From positions 1 to 53,377 of the IMG/VR virus record IMGVR_UViG_3300005043_000142: DNA of 53,377 nt. One strand, given 5' to 3'. Below, piece after piece: positions 17,773 through 27,922 of the stretch (the stretch's first letter is position 1; every line of letters starts with the position of its first letter). Origin of the DNA: a virus. Lineage: Duplodnaviria; Caudoviricetes. Below the pieces are notes generated by a model. The model was given only the letters and a program-made list of their open reading frames with translations. It did no database searches and was not told where the DNA came from. A program made the translations under genes and the position numbers.

Positions 17773-19349
17773 AGCAGTTCACCCATAGAGCTGGCCAAAG
17801 CCAAAGCATTTACCCGTCCGGCACACTCAACCTGCATGGTTAAACGACGCGGGCGGCCCGCTGGCAGCCGAAAGCCTTTGTCCGTGGCTACCGTAGTAGC
17901 AAAGGCATAGTTATCGCCTGTGAGCGTCATCGTGGCGCTGGCGTCTGCATCAATACGGCCGGCACTCATAACCACGGACGCGCTTAATACAAACTCGCGG
18001 GATTTCCATATCATCGTTTTATTGTCACCGGCGTCGAATACCTGAACGCTGTGCGTATTGTTGCTGTGACGAATAAGCAGATACAACCGATCCTCATCCG
18101 CCTGGTAGTGGCCATTGAGAACCGTATCGCCCGGGTCGCCGCTCAGCTGCAGCGGGAAGACACCATTGTCCAGGTTGAAAATAAACGATTTAACCGCACC
18201 AAAGCACAGGTATTGGCCCCGGTAACGGAATGCCCTGAACGTGGCGGGCTGCAATGCAAGCCACTGCTGTCGGCTGAAAAATTGCTTACTCACAAGCTGC
18301 ATACCGGAAGGCCCGGCCATCATCAGTCCTTCACTGGTCGGATACAGGGAATAGTCACCCATATCAACATGGCCGCGACGGCTCAGGCATGAGGCCCGAA
18401 CATCCAGCCGGGTCTGACTCATGGCTGCCGGGTGCGCTCCAGATACCACCCAAGGGTTACCGGTTGTGGTTACAACCAGCGAACCAGCAACGGTAGCCAG
18501 ACTCACGATGTCATCAGGGAAAGCCAGCTGGTAATCCAGCGGCCAGGCGTGCGGATAATATGGTTCGCTAAAGCACAGCGTGTTGCCGAAAAATCCAGCC
18601 ATAAAGCCATTGCCTACAGTCACGAGCCCCTTCATACCCGCCGGCGGATGGTTCCAGCTTTCAGAATTGCACGGTGCGCCAAGCGCATTGCTATTCACGC
18701 TGTCGTTATATGACGTAGTGGCTGCAGCGATTTCCGCCACAAAATTAAAGAAACCGCCGCCCTCGCTTCGGTAAATTCGTCGCGTTGCTGCTCGGCTGTC
18801 ATTGCTGGCACCCAGCGTCAGGGGAATTGTTGCGCCATCCCAGCGGTTAATAATTTGGGTGGTGTCGGATGGTTCGGATTCTTCGCCCCTGGCAGTTACC
18901 GCTGTCACGTAGTACGCGCAGCGCAAAACTTGTGAATCAGGGTTTGTTGGTTCTGCAGTTTCCCAGCTGGCAGGAACCGAAGGCGTAGGCGGTTTGTTAA
19001 TTCCAAGGCTTGTTGTTGTTAATGTGCTGCCAGATAAAAACGCCACCTGCGGCTGCAGAAGATCGCCAGCCATGTAAACCCGCTTCCAGGCATCATTGGC
19101 AATCGGCCCGCGTATGAAATCGGCATCATCCGTGCGGGTCAGTACCTTGGTTTTATCAAACGGGTAAATCGCCCACGAATTAACGGTTGTGGCTGGCGCA
19201 GAAAACCCACTGGCCAGCAGGTCACGGATAGGCACCAGCGAGCCGCCTTCCATCCGGGCGTTGTAGGTTTCGCTCGCGTAATTCTCCGGCAGCAGCTGCG
19301 GCGCAACCACCGGCATCTCACCGGCAAACTGAGTAATGCTCAGCTTCAT
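17769..19349 (-). CDS. Tail nozzle/stabilisation protein
   Basis: FAGEMP N-terminus, CFSEPYYPHAWP, beta-rich; podovirus tail position. Confidence 0.7.
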   Translation of the reverse strand: MKLSITQFAGEMPVVAPQLLPENYASETYNARMEGGSLVPIRDLLASGFSAPATTVNSWAIYPFDKTKVLTRTDDADFIRGPIANDAWKRVYMAGDLLQPQVAFLSGSTLTTTSLGINKPPTPSVPASWETAEPTNPDSQVLRCAYYVTAVTARGEESEPSDTTQIINRWDGATIPLTLGASNDSRAATRRIYRSEGGGFFNFVAEIAAATTSYNDSVNSNALGAPCNSESWNHPPAGMKGLVTVGNGFMAGFFGNTLCFSEPYYPHAWPLDYQLAFPDDIVSLATVAGSLVVTTTGNPWVVSGAHPAAMSQTRLDVRASCLSRRGHVDMGDYSLYPTSEGLMMAGPSGMQLVSKQFFSRQQWLALQPATFRAFRYRGQYLCFGAVKSFIFNLDNGVFPLQLSGDPGDTVLNGHYQADEDRLYLLIRHSNNTHSVQVFDAGDNKTMIWKSREFVLSASVVMSAGRIDADASATMTLTGDNYAFATTVATDKGFRLPAGRPRRLTMQVECAGRVNALALASSMGELL

Positions 19350-20008
19350 AATGCGCTATCCCTGTAGTCCACCTGATAGCCATACCGGTGATTGATACCG
19401 GCCTGAATAATTACCGGGTCAGTCACGGCAGAAATAAAAGGCCCGTGAACCACGGCAAAGCGTTCGGAATACTGGCGCAGATACAGCCCGCCATTTTTGA
19501 AATACCAAAGGAATACGTCAGTGCTGGTCGGATCGTCTTTATTCTCCACCGTCAAAGTGGCGTCCTGCACGTCGGCATCCAAATCTAGCAGTTGCGGTAA
19601 TCCGGTGTCAGGGTTGCGCCACCACACACCTAATCCCCCATCCGGTCGGATGTACCCAAGAATAACAAAGCCGGTAGGCGCAAATTCCAGACTGATTTTT
19701 TTAATACCGCCGACCAGCGCCAGCAAATAGCGCGGACTGCCATCCCATAAATCGTTGGGCAGTTTTTTCTGCAGGTAGGTGCCGCCGTCTGATTCCAAAT
19801 AAGCCACCCAGCCGGTGCCGTAATTACCCCGGCTCATATCCGGTGCACTGTTGCCAGAGCCAATATCCCAAGGGCCAAACGCAAAAGACTTATGTTCATG
19901 CGGCCAGTCAATGGCTGGCAGAAATCGCGGTGGCCGGATTAGCTCACCGCGCCTGGCGTCAGAGGAAAAAGGCGGAATCACGGCAGGCGGCCCCAGGTAA
20001 TTTCCCAC
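19346..20008 (-). CDS. Putative tail-tip structural protein
   Basis: Beta/aromatic-rich; translationally coupled within the tail operon. Confidence 0.55.
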   Translation of the reverse strand: MGNYLGPPAVIPPFSSDARRGELIRPPRFLPAIDWPHEHKSFAFGPWDIGSGNSAPDMSRGNYGTGWVAYLESDGGTYLQKKLPNDLWDGSPRYLLALVGGIKKISLEFAPTGFVILGYIRPDGGLGVWWRNPDTGLPQLLDLDADVQDATLTVENKDDPTSTDVFLWYFKNGGLYLRQYSERFAVVHGPFISAVTDPVIIQAGINHRYGYQVDYRDSAL

Positions 20009-20856
20009 GAAATTGTTAAATCATAATTTGCAGGGATAGTGTATTGAGCGCCACCTATAGGGATAATCATTTTATAAATACTTGCATATCTAGGGACCCA
20101 AATAGGACTGCCTGGCTGGGATGTAGTGACTGATGACTGTGCTGGTGTTTTTGCAGTTAGCGTTACAGTTCTGTTCGGAATATCCCAAGCAATTGTCGCC
20201 GTGGCTAAGCCGCGTCCAAAAAGACCAAACTGATTAAATCCAGTCTCTAAGTCAAATTTAAGACCTGCCAAATAGTATCCCCAATTCGCCAGCGACTCAT
20301 CTGCCGCCAAACACCAGTGGAGATCCCCATGAGGTGTAGGGGTGACTCCGGACGATACTATTTTCGGAAGCTTAAAATAAATCGCATAGGTTATCCTGAG
20401 CGTTTGCCCGGCATTCACTGTAATCTGTGTCGGGACTCCCTCTGAGTCTTTTATAAGGGCTCTTGTTACCAAAACCCCATTATTATTGTCCTTTCTGATT
20501 CCTAGCTCTGTTATAGCCTCGCCAGAAAAACCAGTAAAATCACAAGAGCCATATCTTTTTACAATCTTGTAATCTTGATGATCTTCTACGTCAGAGTTAG
20601 AATTCATTGATATGGATTGCACTTTTATCTGGTTCCCAAGGTCGGTATCAGATACCGATGGCGGAGTCACAACACCTGAACCAAGACAGAGATAAGTCCC
20701 CGCAGGGGCAAATCTACCCATATCAAGATATGAGTCCAAAATTAAATTAGTCTGTTCGGGTACATCAATAACCATTTCACCTGTCGAATCATCAATTACC
20801 TGATAGGCATACGCGCCTTTAATCCCAATCTGGTTTTGGGTTTTTATTTCATTCAT
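19978..20856 (-). CDS. Putative tail/receptor-binding protein, paralog 2
   Basis: NLILD...LGSG..PP..SDTDL...ITELG...RALIKD motifs; AT-rich. Confidence 0.6.
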   Translation of the reverse strand: MNEIKTQNQIGIKGAYAYQVIDDSTGEMVIDVPEQTNLILDSYLDMGRFAPAGTYLCLGSGVVTPPSVSDTDLGNQIKVQSISMNSNSDVEDHQDYKIVKRYGSCDFTGFSGEAITELGIRKDNNNGVLVTRALIKDSEGVPTQITVNAGQTLRITYAIYFKLPKIVSSGVTPTPHGDLHWCLAADESLANWGYYLAGLKFDLETGFNQFGLFGRGLATATIAWDIPNRTVTLTAKTPAQSSVTTSQPGSPIWVPRYASIYKMIIPIGGAQYTIPANYDLTISWEITWGRLP

Positions 20857-20859
20857 TGG

Positions 20860-21420
20860 TTATACCTGATTACTGGTTACGCTCAGAACAGTGGCACCCG
20901 TTACGGAAATAAAGCCCTGCTCGTCCGGTTTCTCTTGGTTTGAATCCCTTACGATTAGGGTTTCCATGCTGCTAACAGAAAGCACATTGGCCCCAGTCAC
21001 GGAAATAAAACCCTGCTCGCTTGGTTGTTCTACGTTGGAATCTTTAATGAGTAACGCGGCCTCCGACGTCACCGAAAGAACAGCCGCACCAATAACCGTT
21101 GGGCTGATTTCTTCCGGCGGTATCGGGTCAGGATCGTTGCCTGCGTCAGAGCCGATATTTCCCCACTGGTCTAATAAAATCAGCGTGGCGAACATGGAAA
21201 AATCACCCAACGCTGCGCCGGTAATCACCAATCCTTGCTCGTCCGGCGCCTCGTCAATTCGCCATATTGTTTTAGCCATTGCGAACTGCTGCAGGCTGGT
21301 TTCAAATTCAAGCCCGTTATCCGCGCCAATGTGCCAGGGATAGGTATTCCATGGTGCCGCTTCAGTATCAAAGGGGTTGTGCTGGTACAGCTCGCCCATC
21401 AATACGAAATTCGCAATCAT
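20860..21420 (-). CDS. Virion-operon protein with 32-aa internal repeats
   Basis: EQGFISVTGAxVLSV occurs twice at a 96-nt period, plus partial copies. Confidence 0.6.
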   Translation of the reverse strand: MIANFVLMGELYQHNPFDTEAAPWNTYPWHIGADNGLEFETSLQQFAMAKTIWRIDEAPDEQGLVITGAALGDFSMFATLILLDQWGNIGSDAGNDPDPIPPEEISPTVIGAAVLSVTSEAALLIKDSNVEQPSEQGFISVTGANVLSVSSMETLIVRDSNQEKPDEQGFISVTGATVLSVTSNQV

Positions 21421-22250
21421 GGGCGGCCCCACCTGAATGACAGCGTAAAGCCAATGTCGTTATTGGCCGGATTTATAAGTGACGTTTCCAGCTCAATAAC
21501 CGGCAAATTCTTTTCGTTGTTTGTCGCCTGAAATCCAGTAATCGTCCGGTTTAATTCAGTCGCGGTAAAATTCACGGTGGCCGTTGCAGTTTGTGTTGCC
21601 GCGTCATAGGCCCAACTGAATACGTTCGCTGCAACGCTACTTCCGTCGCCCAAATTGGCACGCAGCCCGGCACCGGCAAACGGGTTGCTAAACCGGCCAG
21701 CCAGAATGCCGGCCGGTGCCGTTAATTCGTTATGCGGCTTAATGGTAAAAATGCTGCTGCCGTAGGGCGTGGTTACAGTGCCGGTGGCCAGTACGTCAGG
21801 AATCAGTACATACACGAAGTACGATATTTTCAGCGTCTGGCTTGGCGCTATCGGAATAATGGTGGCCAGTCCGTTGCCGTCGCGCACCAGTGAGCGGCTG
21901 CGCACGGAATCGGCATCAGGGCCGCGGAATCCCACCTCTGAGATATTGCCGCTCAGTCCGGTAAACGTCGCGGTTACGCTGCGCTTTGAATACCGGTTCG
22001 CGCCCTGCATAAAAATAACAGCGCTGCTGGTGAAACTGGCGCTGGCGCTTGCCAGTTCGTTTTCAAGTGCGGTATCGGTTACCGCTGGTTGCCGCATGCC
22101 GGTGCCAACGCACAGAAATCCGCTATTAAACGGATCGCCCAGCGTCAGCGCTGTATCGGTAATCAGGTTGTCGAACTCGCCAGTGTCGGCCAGTAGTTCG
22201 GAATTACCGAACACCTGCAGGCGGTATGCGCCCTTAACTGCTTGCATCAT
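21417..22250 (-). CDS. Putative tail/receptor-binding protein, paralog 1
   Basis: DNLITD...VGTG..PAVTDTAL...ISEVG...RSLVRD motifs; ATGA coupling at the start. Confidence 0.6.
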   Translation of the reverse strand: MMQAVKGAYRLQVFGNSELLADTGEFDNLITDTALTLGDPFNSGFLCVGTGMRQPAVTDTALENELASASASFTSSAVIFMQGANRYSKRSVTATFTGLSGNISEVGFRGPDADSVRSRSLVRDGNGLATIIPIAPSQTLKISYFVYVLIPDVLATGTVTTPYGSSIFTIKPHNELTAPAGILAGRFSNPFAGAGLRANLGDGSSVAANVFSWAYDAATQTATATVNFTATELNRTITGFQATNNEKNLPVIELETSLINPANNDIGFTLSFRWGRP

Positions 22251-22684
22251 AACGGCTGCACGTCTCCGATTAAGTCCCACATGGCCGGCACGCCGCCCTG
22301 CTCTGCCCGGATAGCCACCAGCGATACCACGGAGCCATTGCCGCGAAGAATCAGCGTGCCGGGGCTGTTCACAAGCCCACCATTCAGCGGTTGCACCTGG
22401 ACAGTGCCGTGGCCGTTGTTACGGATCTGAAAGGCGGTACCAGGCACCGGGTCGCTTATCAGAAAGAACGTCACAGTATTCAGGTCATCGTTCACCATGA
22501 AATAACTGAAAGCGTCGTCCTCGGTGCCGACGGTCATCGTCGTTGTGCCGGCCTGAACTTCGATAATGCCCACGCCTGTAAGCGCGATACGCGCCCAGTG
22601 TCGTGCACGGCCAGCCCAGTAAGCAGCCTGGTCCACCAGCTCTTTGCAGCGCTGCAGGAAGGTCGGCAAATTAAACGGAATCAT
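22247..22684 (-). CDS. Putative tail structural protein
   Basis: Coupled ORF with beta-rich C-terminal domain. Confidence 0.5.
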   Translation of the reverse strand: MIPFNLPTFLQRCKELVDQAAYWAGRARHWARIALTGVGIIEVQAGTTTMTVGTEDDAFSYFMVNDDLNTVTFFLISDPVPGTAFQIRNNGHGTVQVQPLNGGLVNSPGTLILRGNGSVVSLVAIRAEQGGVPAMWDLIGDVQPL

Positions 22685-23262
22685 GGCGCCCCCATAATGT
22701 CGGCATGCTTGGCGGACACATCGGCGGCCAGTGCATCCAGATAGGATTTTGTCTCCGGTGCTAGCTCGTCAAACCGAACCATAACGCCAAGGTCAAAGGT
22801 CGGATCAAGCGCCGTGGAAAAGCTGAGTTTGATTTCCTGCGGCTGGCTGGCGCTGCCCTGCACCACGGTCGGCACATCCTTCATCAGCACACTGTTGGGA
22901 ATGTGCGTCTGGTAATACTGCTGCCGGTACTGGTCTGCAGCCTGGATCACCGCAACGGCTAACATCAGCGGTATGCGGTTGCCGGTACCTGTATCCACGG
23001 AGAACTCAACCACGGCCGAGGGCGAGGAAAGGGCTGCGGTTTGCTCAGCAGTCAGCGTAACCGATACCTGACCTTGTGCGCCGCTCACGGCGTCAGCAAC
23101 GGCCGACACCAGCAGCAGGTCACCCAGGCGCGAACGGCTGCGCCCAATGCCAACGTGCAGGGTCCAGCCGGTGCAATCAATGGCGGCTTCAGTATCAGCA
23201 TTCAAAAAGGTGACCCGCAGCGCTTTTGGCTCGCCGCGTACAATCGGATCAATGGTGATCAT
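22681..23262 (-). CDS. BppU-N-like Ig-fold tail adaptor
   Basis: IVRG..LRVTF...IDCTGW...GQVSVTLTAEQTAAL pattern. Confidence 0.55.
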   Translation of the reverse strand: MITIDPIVRGEPKALRVTFLNADTEAAIDCTGWTLHVGIGRSRSRLGDLLLVSAVADAVSGAQGQVSVTLTAEQTAALSSPSAVVEFSVDTGTGNRIPLMLAVAVIQAADQYRQQYYQTHIPNSVLMKDVPTVVQGSASQPQEIKLSFSTALDPTFDLGVMVRFDELAPETKSYLDALAADVSAKHADIMGAP

Positions 23263-23924
23263 TATTTATTCGCCGGATTATTCGGTGATATTCGGGAAGT
23301 GTTCTGCAGTTTTATCCCCAGCGCGTTATAAGCGCTCTGCAGGTACGTCTGTGAGCGCGTAAAATTACCGGCGTCATCTGCGTCTTTATCGTAGGCACGG
23401 TGCAGGACGTAATTCATCAGCGCCGGGTAATAGCGGTCATTCACTCGAAGCAGTGTTTCGTTATCTTCATATTCTTTCGGTAAGTGTTTCTTGGGTTCCA
23501 GTGCACAGACCAGCTCAATCAGCGAGCCAGCAGTTGCGGGCGGATACACATAAAAGCGCTTCGGATCGCGGTCGTCGTACAGGAAAAACTCCTGCTGGTT
23601 GGTTGGTGTTTCCGCCATCCAATTAGGGCGAACAGAACTCAAAACGGCAATGTCGCTTGGCATAATCGGCAGCTGCCGCCCTTCCAAATTGCGTGTCACG
23701 TTAATCAGGCGCACCGCATATACCGGAAGCTCCTGACGCACACCGGTAGCGCACTCAAACTCGGAGTTATCAGCAAAGGCTTCCGGCTCCTGCTCTGCAA
23801 GAAATCGGTACGCATCATTCAAATATTCGACCAGCTCGTCATTGGTCCAGCGCACACCTTCGGTTTGGGTTTCCTGCAGTGTTCGCCGGACGGTCTGGAT
23901 CAGTTCGCGTACACGGGTTGCCAT
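23262..23924 (-). CDS. Head-tail adaptor/tail tubular protein
   Basis: LQE..GVRWT..ELVEYLNDA, FYVYPPA, YVLHRAY motifs. Confidence 0.7.
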   Translation of the reverse strand: MATRVRELIQTVRRTLQETQTEGVRWTNDELVEYLNDAYRFLAEQEPEAFADNSEFECATGVRQELPVYAVRLINVTRNLEGRQLPIMPSDIAVLSSVRPNWMAETPTNQQEFFLYDDRDPKRFYVYPPATAGSLIELVCALEPKKHLPKEYEDNETLLRVNDRYYPALMNYVLHRAYDKDADDAGNFTRSQTYLQSAYNALGIKLQNTSRISPNNPANK

Positions 23925-23926
23925 CG

Positions 23927-24517
23927 TCAGACTCCATAAACTGACCGGCTGTATTCAGCCCGGCCAGTTCGTGATACGGAAAATTGATTGCGAACGTCGG
24001 CAGCAATGCGCAAACAGTCGCGCTCGTATTCGTCCTGGTAATAGCCTGCCATCTGCGGATTGCTCCATGGTTTTTCCGGCATCAGCATCAGCCTGCGCTT
24101 AACACCGGTTGAAATGGTTTCTGCCCAGCGGTTAAGCAGGTCAGCCGGTGCAGCCTGTGCGGTTGGCATCGGTTTCAGCAGTACGGTTACCCGGCAATTG
24201 CCGGACTGGCCGTTGGTGAATGTAATCCGGCCCGGTGCGTCGGCAATGTAGTTGCCTGGCAGTTGTAGGCTGTTATTCAGCTGAACCATTTGCACGCCGA
24301 CAACCAGCGTATCCGGGTGCGGCGACACCAGATCGTAGTCGGCAACGTCAGCCGTTACGGTCAGATCAATGTGCTCACGGAAGCAGTGCGTGGCCTCGCA
24401 GAATTGCGAAAAAACCAGCGCTGCCGTTTCCGTGATGGTTGCGCGCGGGCAACCGGATAATTCCGGCTGCGCCAGCTGTTGCACCAGACTGAAGTCGGAA
24501 AAATCCAGGTGCAGCAT
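23927..24517 (-). CDS. Adaptor-like virion protein
   Basis: GCP...FCEAT and LMPEKPWSNP motifs; position after capsid genes. Confidence 0.6.
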   Translation of the reverse strand: MLHLDFSDFSLVQQLAQPELSGCPRATITETAALVFSQFCEATHCFREHIDLTVTADVADYDLVSPHPDTLVVGVQMVQLNNSLQLPGNYIADAPGRITFTNGQSGNCRVTVLLKPMPTAQAAPADLLNRWAETISTGVKRRLMLMPEKPWSNPQMAGYYQDEYERDCLRIAADVRNQFSVSRTGRAEYSRSVYGV

Positions 24518-24522
24518 AATGC

Positions 24523-24999
24523 TTACTCGCCACCCAGCGCTTTAAACGCTGCGTTCACTTCGGCCACGGTAACGTCCATGCCTTCCGGCAGCAGTGCGCG
24601 CACCGCTTCAATACGCGGCTTGCCCTTTTCGGTGTAGTGCTCAGGGCTGGCCTGATCCAGATTCAGAATGGCCTTTTGCAGCGCGTCCATTTTTGCATCG
24701 TCGGCGGCATCTGGTTCTGCCTGCGGTGCAGGTGCAGATTCAGGCTCAGCAGCTGGCGCCGGCTTTTCTTCGGCAGCTTTGGCAATTTGTTCCGCAATGG
24801 CCGGCAATTCTTCGGCCTTACACCACACGGTCTTATGGCGCAGCAGCAGAGACGCGGCACGTGCATCGACCACCTGCACATCACCAAAGCCAAACCATTC
24901 CACGCCGGTGCGGGCGATGGTGTCCTTCTTAACTTCTTTGTTGCCGATATAGGCGACGCGAACCTGGCCTACCAGCTCGTCATACGTTTTCTCTGCCAT
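24523..24999 (-). CDS. Hypothetical two-domain morphogenesis protein
   Basis: Ala/Pro/Glu linker between two domains; RBS present. Confidence 0.6.
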   Translation of the reverse strand: MAEKTYDELVGQVRVAYIGNKEVKKDTIARTGVEWFGFGDVQVVDARAASLLLRHKTVWCKAEELPAIAEQIAKAAEEKPAPAAEPESAPAPQAEPDAADDAKMDALQKAILNLDQASPEHYTEKGKPRIEAVRALLPEGMDVTVAEVNAAFKALGGE

Positions 25000-25020
25000 G
25001 GGGCTTAACCTCTGTCATTC

Positions 25021-25047
25021 AAAAAAAAGCCCGGCGCATGGCCGGGC
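25021..25047 (-). terminator. Terminator after the capsid genes
   Basis: GCCCGGC stem followed by T8. Confidence 0.8.
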
Positions 25048-25075
25048 AAAGGTTGGTGAATTACCTTCCGGTAAA

Positions 25076-25489
25076 TCAGTTCGGGCCGCGATAAATGTAC
25101 TCAGGCACTACGGTTACCTTGCCGGTGGCGGCAGCACCTGTTGCCTTAACAGTTACCATCACCGGCTTTTCAAAGGTGATGGGCGCGCCCGAATAACTTT
25201 CGCTGCCGGCCGCTGCTGAATCAGCATCGGTAGCAAACAGGTCGTCGTCGTCAGTACCGTCGGCAGCGTCATAGTAGGCAACGCCCACTTTGTAACCGGT
25301 GCCGGCACCCAGCGCGGAATTGTGTGCAGTCAGGCCGGTCACGGTCGTGCCTGCTTCCAGGCGCAGCACCGCGATGGTGGTATTGGCAGCGTCAGCGGCA
25401 AATTCAGCAGCGCCAATGGCTTTGCTCAGGTTGCCGTGGGTGCCGTTATAAACTGCAGCGCGCAGGCTGCTTGCGTGTTTAATAGTCAT
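25076..25489 (-). CDS. Capsid decoration/cement protein
   Basis: Beta-rich, Ala/Thr/Gly-rich; directly after the major capsid gene. Confidence 0.65.
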   Translation of the reverse strand: MTIKHASSLRAAVYNGTHGNLSKAIGAAEFAADAANTTIAVLRLEAGTTVTGLTAHNSALGAGTGYKVGVAYYDAADGTDDDDLFATDADSAAAGSESYSGAPITFEKPVMVTVKATGAAATGKVTVVPEYIYRGPN

Positions 25490-25550
25490 GCTTCTTACCT
25501 TGGGCGGCCACTGCCGCCCTGCTTGAGTTTAATCAGACGGTTCCGGTCGA

Positions 25551-26768
25551 TCAGGAAACGGCGGTATCAACCACCATTACACCGTGGTCGTTCACGCGGC
25601 CATTTTTGTCAGCAAAGCGGATTTTCTTCTTGCCATCCATCCAGCGGATCGCAATTTCTTTGCTGTTGTCGTGGTCGGTGGATTGCTCAGTCATACCGAT
25701 AAAGCCGGCATCAGAACCGTCCTGCTTGCCCACGTTGCCGAAGGCATGAGCAAGAGCCTGCGCACCCAGCAAGACGCCGCGGTGCATCTTCACGCCAGTG
25801 GTTGCCTGGGTAATGGTAGCCGCATGGTTGTTTTGCGAAACATCCACAGTTGAACCCACGCCAAACTCAATGTAGCGGGTCATCTTCTTGATCAGGATGC
25901 CTTCCCACATAAAACATTCGCCGTGGAAAATTGGATGATTCCAGCCCTTGCTGCGCACCATCGCCTGAGCTGCCAGACGGGTCAGTTCTTCCTTGCTGGT
26001 CGTGGCCTTAAAGTCAGCCATCTGGCGCGGAGAAACGTACAGCACATACAGCGGCTCAGCGTCCACCATCGGATCGTTGGCCAGCTTAACCGGCTGCATC
26101 CGCATGGTGTCCATCTCGTCGATGTACAGGCGCATGTTTTCCACTACGTCCAGGGTGAATTTATCCGCAGCGTCCAGGGTATCCACGGAATTCGCGTCAC
26201 CACCGAAGAAATGGCGGTCGTAAGTCGGCGGCAGAACCGGGTTCACCAGAATTTCTGCAAATTCCGGATCGCTGGCCAGCGGCACAATATCGTTTGCAGC
26301 CAGGTGAGTACCGCGCGCACCAGACAGGTGAATCAGCGTAGTGTGGTCGGTCAGGTCGCCGTAGTAGTTGTCAGATGACAACAGGCCACGGGCAATCTGC
26401 TGCAGGTTGTGCTTGGTGCGTTGCTGCGCCATCTTGCCACCAGCATCGACCATGTGACGGCCTTGGTTAATTTTCAGCCCCATGCTGGCGCTGGTCAGCG
26501 TTTCTCCACGACCTTCCAGCTTGCGGTCGCCCATAGTCGGGCGACCAGTCAGGCGATGGTAGATATCCACCTCAACTTCATCGCCGGCCGCTTTGCTCAA
26601 GTCTGTAATTCGGACAATCGGAGCACCCTTATCGGTCTGTTTGGATTTTTTACCGGGGATTGCCTGCGGTGCGCCTTCAGTCAGAAGGTTGGTAAAGTTA
26701 TGCGCTTTCGATACCTCAGCGAAAAGCGCGGCGTTAAACAGCTTGTTACTCTTTACGGTAGTACCCAT
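25551..26768 (-). CDS. Major capsid protein (N4-gp56/DUF4043-like)
   Basis: PIVRITDLSKAAGDEV, LLGAQALAHAFG, DHGVMVVDTAV. Confidence 0.9.
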   Translation of the reverse strand: MGTTVKSNKLFNAALFAEVSKAHNFTNLLTEGAPQAIPGKKSKQTDKGAPIVRITDLSKAAGDEVEVDIYHRLTGRPTMGDRKLEGRGETLTSASMGLKINQGRHMVDAGGKMAQQRTKHNLQQIARGLLSSDNYYGDLTDHTTLIHLSGARGTHLAANDIVPLASDPEFAEILVNPVLPPTYDRHFFGGDANSVDTLDAADKFTLDVVENMRLYIDEMDTMRMQPVKLANDPMVDAEPLYVLYVSPRQMADFKATTSKEELTRLAAQAMVRSKGWNHPIFHGECFMWEGILIKKMTRYIEFGVGSTVDVSQNNHAATITQATTGVKMHRGVLLGAQALAHAFGNVGKQDGSDAGFIGMTEQSTDHDNSKEIAIRWMDGKKKIRFADKNGRVNDHGVMVVDTAVS

Positions 26769-26786
26769 AATTTTTTACCTCAGGAA

Positions 26787-27794
26787 TTAAAATCCCTGGG
26801 CAAACAGCGCATCCAGTTGCGCCGGGCTCATTTTGGCCATGGCATCTTCCAATTGCTCAGGCGTCATATCCTTTAATGCCTCGGTGTCATTCTTAACGCG
26901 CACAGGTGCCTGACCTAAATCGCTCAGCGAATCAGGGGCTGCTTGCTCAGTTTTATCGATGATTTGTTTGGCGCGATCAGCCGGGCTTTGCGGCTTTTCG
27001 CCAAAGGCTTGTTTGGTCTGTTGAACTACGTGAGCAAAACGCTCAGCGGCGGTGCGGTTCTGCCACTCCGGGGATTTACGCAGCTCGTTATCGAACAGCT
27101 TTGCTTGAGCCCAGCGGTCTGGGTCGTTTTCCATCCACTGAATTAAATCCGGGTTGGAATTCAGCGCCTGTTGCAGATCATTGTTCGGATCAACGGCTGC
27201 AGCCGGTGCTGCCTGCTGAATCTGTTGAAAATTCGACTGCTGCTGGCTGATGAGTTTTTTCATCATCTTGCCCAGCACGCCGTAATCTTCTTCGATTTCA
27301 GCCCACTGCTTTTCTGTGATGTCGTCGGGGTTGGCGAACATTTCCTCAACGTCAGCACCCTGCTGCTCCAGCTTGGTCTTCACGTTGTTCAGTGCGGATT
27401 CCGTTTGCTGATAATTTGCCTGCAGTTGCTCGCGCTCCTGCTGCATATCCATCAGCTGCTGCTCCAGTTGCTTACGCTGCTGGCGCTCGTACTCCAAAAC
27501 CGAATATGGAATTTCATGCTTGCCGTCTTTCGATTTAACGACTTTCGGCGCGTTGTCATCTTCATCATGGCCGGACGTTTCGCCATCGCCTTCACCGTCG
27601 CCGGCGTCATCATTTTTCGCGTCCGGCTTTGCAGCTTTTTCGCTCAATGAAAAACCGTCGTCGTCGGCTTCCGCTTCGTCCTGTTCTGCGTAAATGTCGC
27701 TTTCACCTGCAGCAGCCAGAGCCTTTTCGATCAGCTCCGGGTCGCCACTTTCCAGCGCCGCGTCAATGTCAAAATCGTTGACTTCATTACTCAT
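26787..27794 (-). CDS. Scaffolding protein
   Basis: Acidic coiled coil between portal and capsid; KDGKHEIPYSVL. Confidence 0.75.
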   Translation of the reverse strand: MSNEVNDFDIDAALESGDPELIEKALAAAGESDIYAEQDEAEADDDGFSLSEKAAKPDAKNDDAGDGEGDGETSGHDEDDNAPKVVKSKDGKHEIPYSVLEYERQQRKQLEQQLMDMQQEREQLQANYQQTESALNNVKTKLEQQGADVEEMFANPDDITEKQWAEIEEDYGVLGKMMKKLISQQQSNFQQIQQAAPAAAVDPNNDLQQALNSNPDLIQWMENDPDRWAQAKLFDNELRKSPEWQNRTAAERFAHVVQQTKQAFGEKPQSPADRAKQIIDKTEQAAPDSLSDLGQAPVRVKNDTEALKDMTPEQLEDAMAKMSPAQLDALFAQGF

Positions 27795-27881
27795 TGCTCA
27801 CACCTTTTGTCAGTTATCGCATGACTGCGTAGGGTTGGTTTTTTGCCTTCTATCGGTCGGGCTACCGTGAAAAACGGGCAT

Positions 27882-27905
27882 AAAAAAACCCGCACTTGGC
27901 GGGTT
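27882..27905 (-). terminator. Terminator after portal
   Basis: ACCCGC stem followed by a T tract. Confidence 0.7.
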
Positions 27906-27922
27906 CTTTGTTTTGCATTCTG

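Noticed and set aside
19978-22250. Tail paralogs as a DGR or invertible shufflon
   Set aside because: No reverse transcriptase or invertase, no near-identical template/variable repeat pair, and both genes share one orientation.
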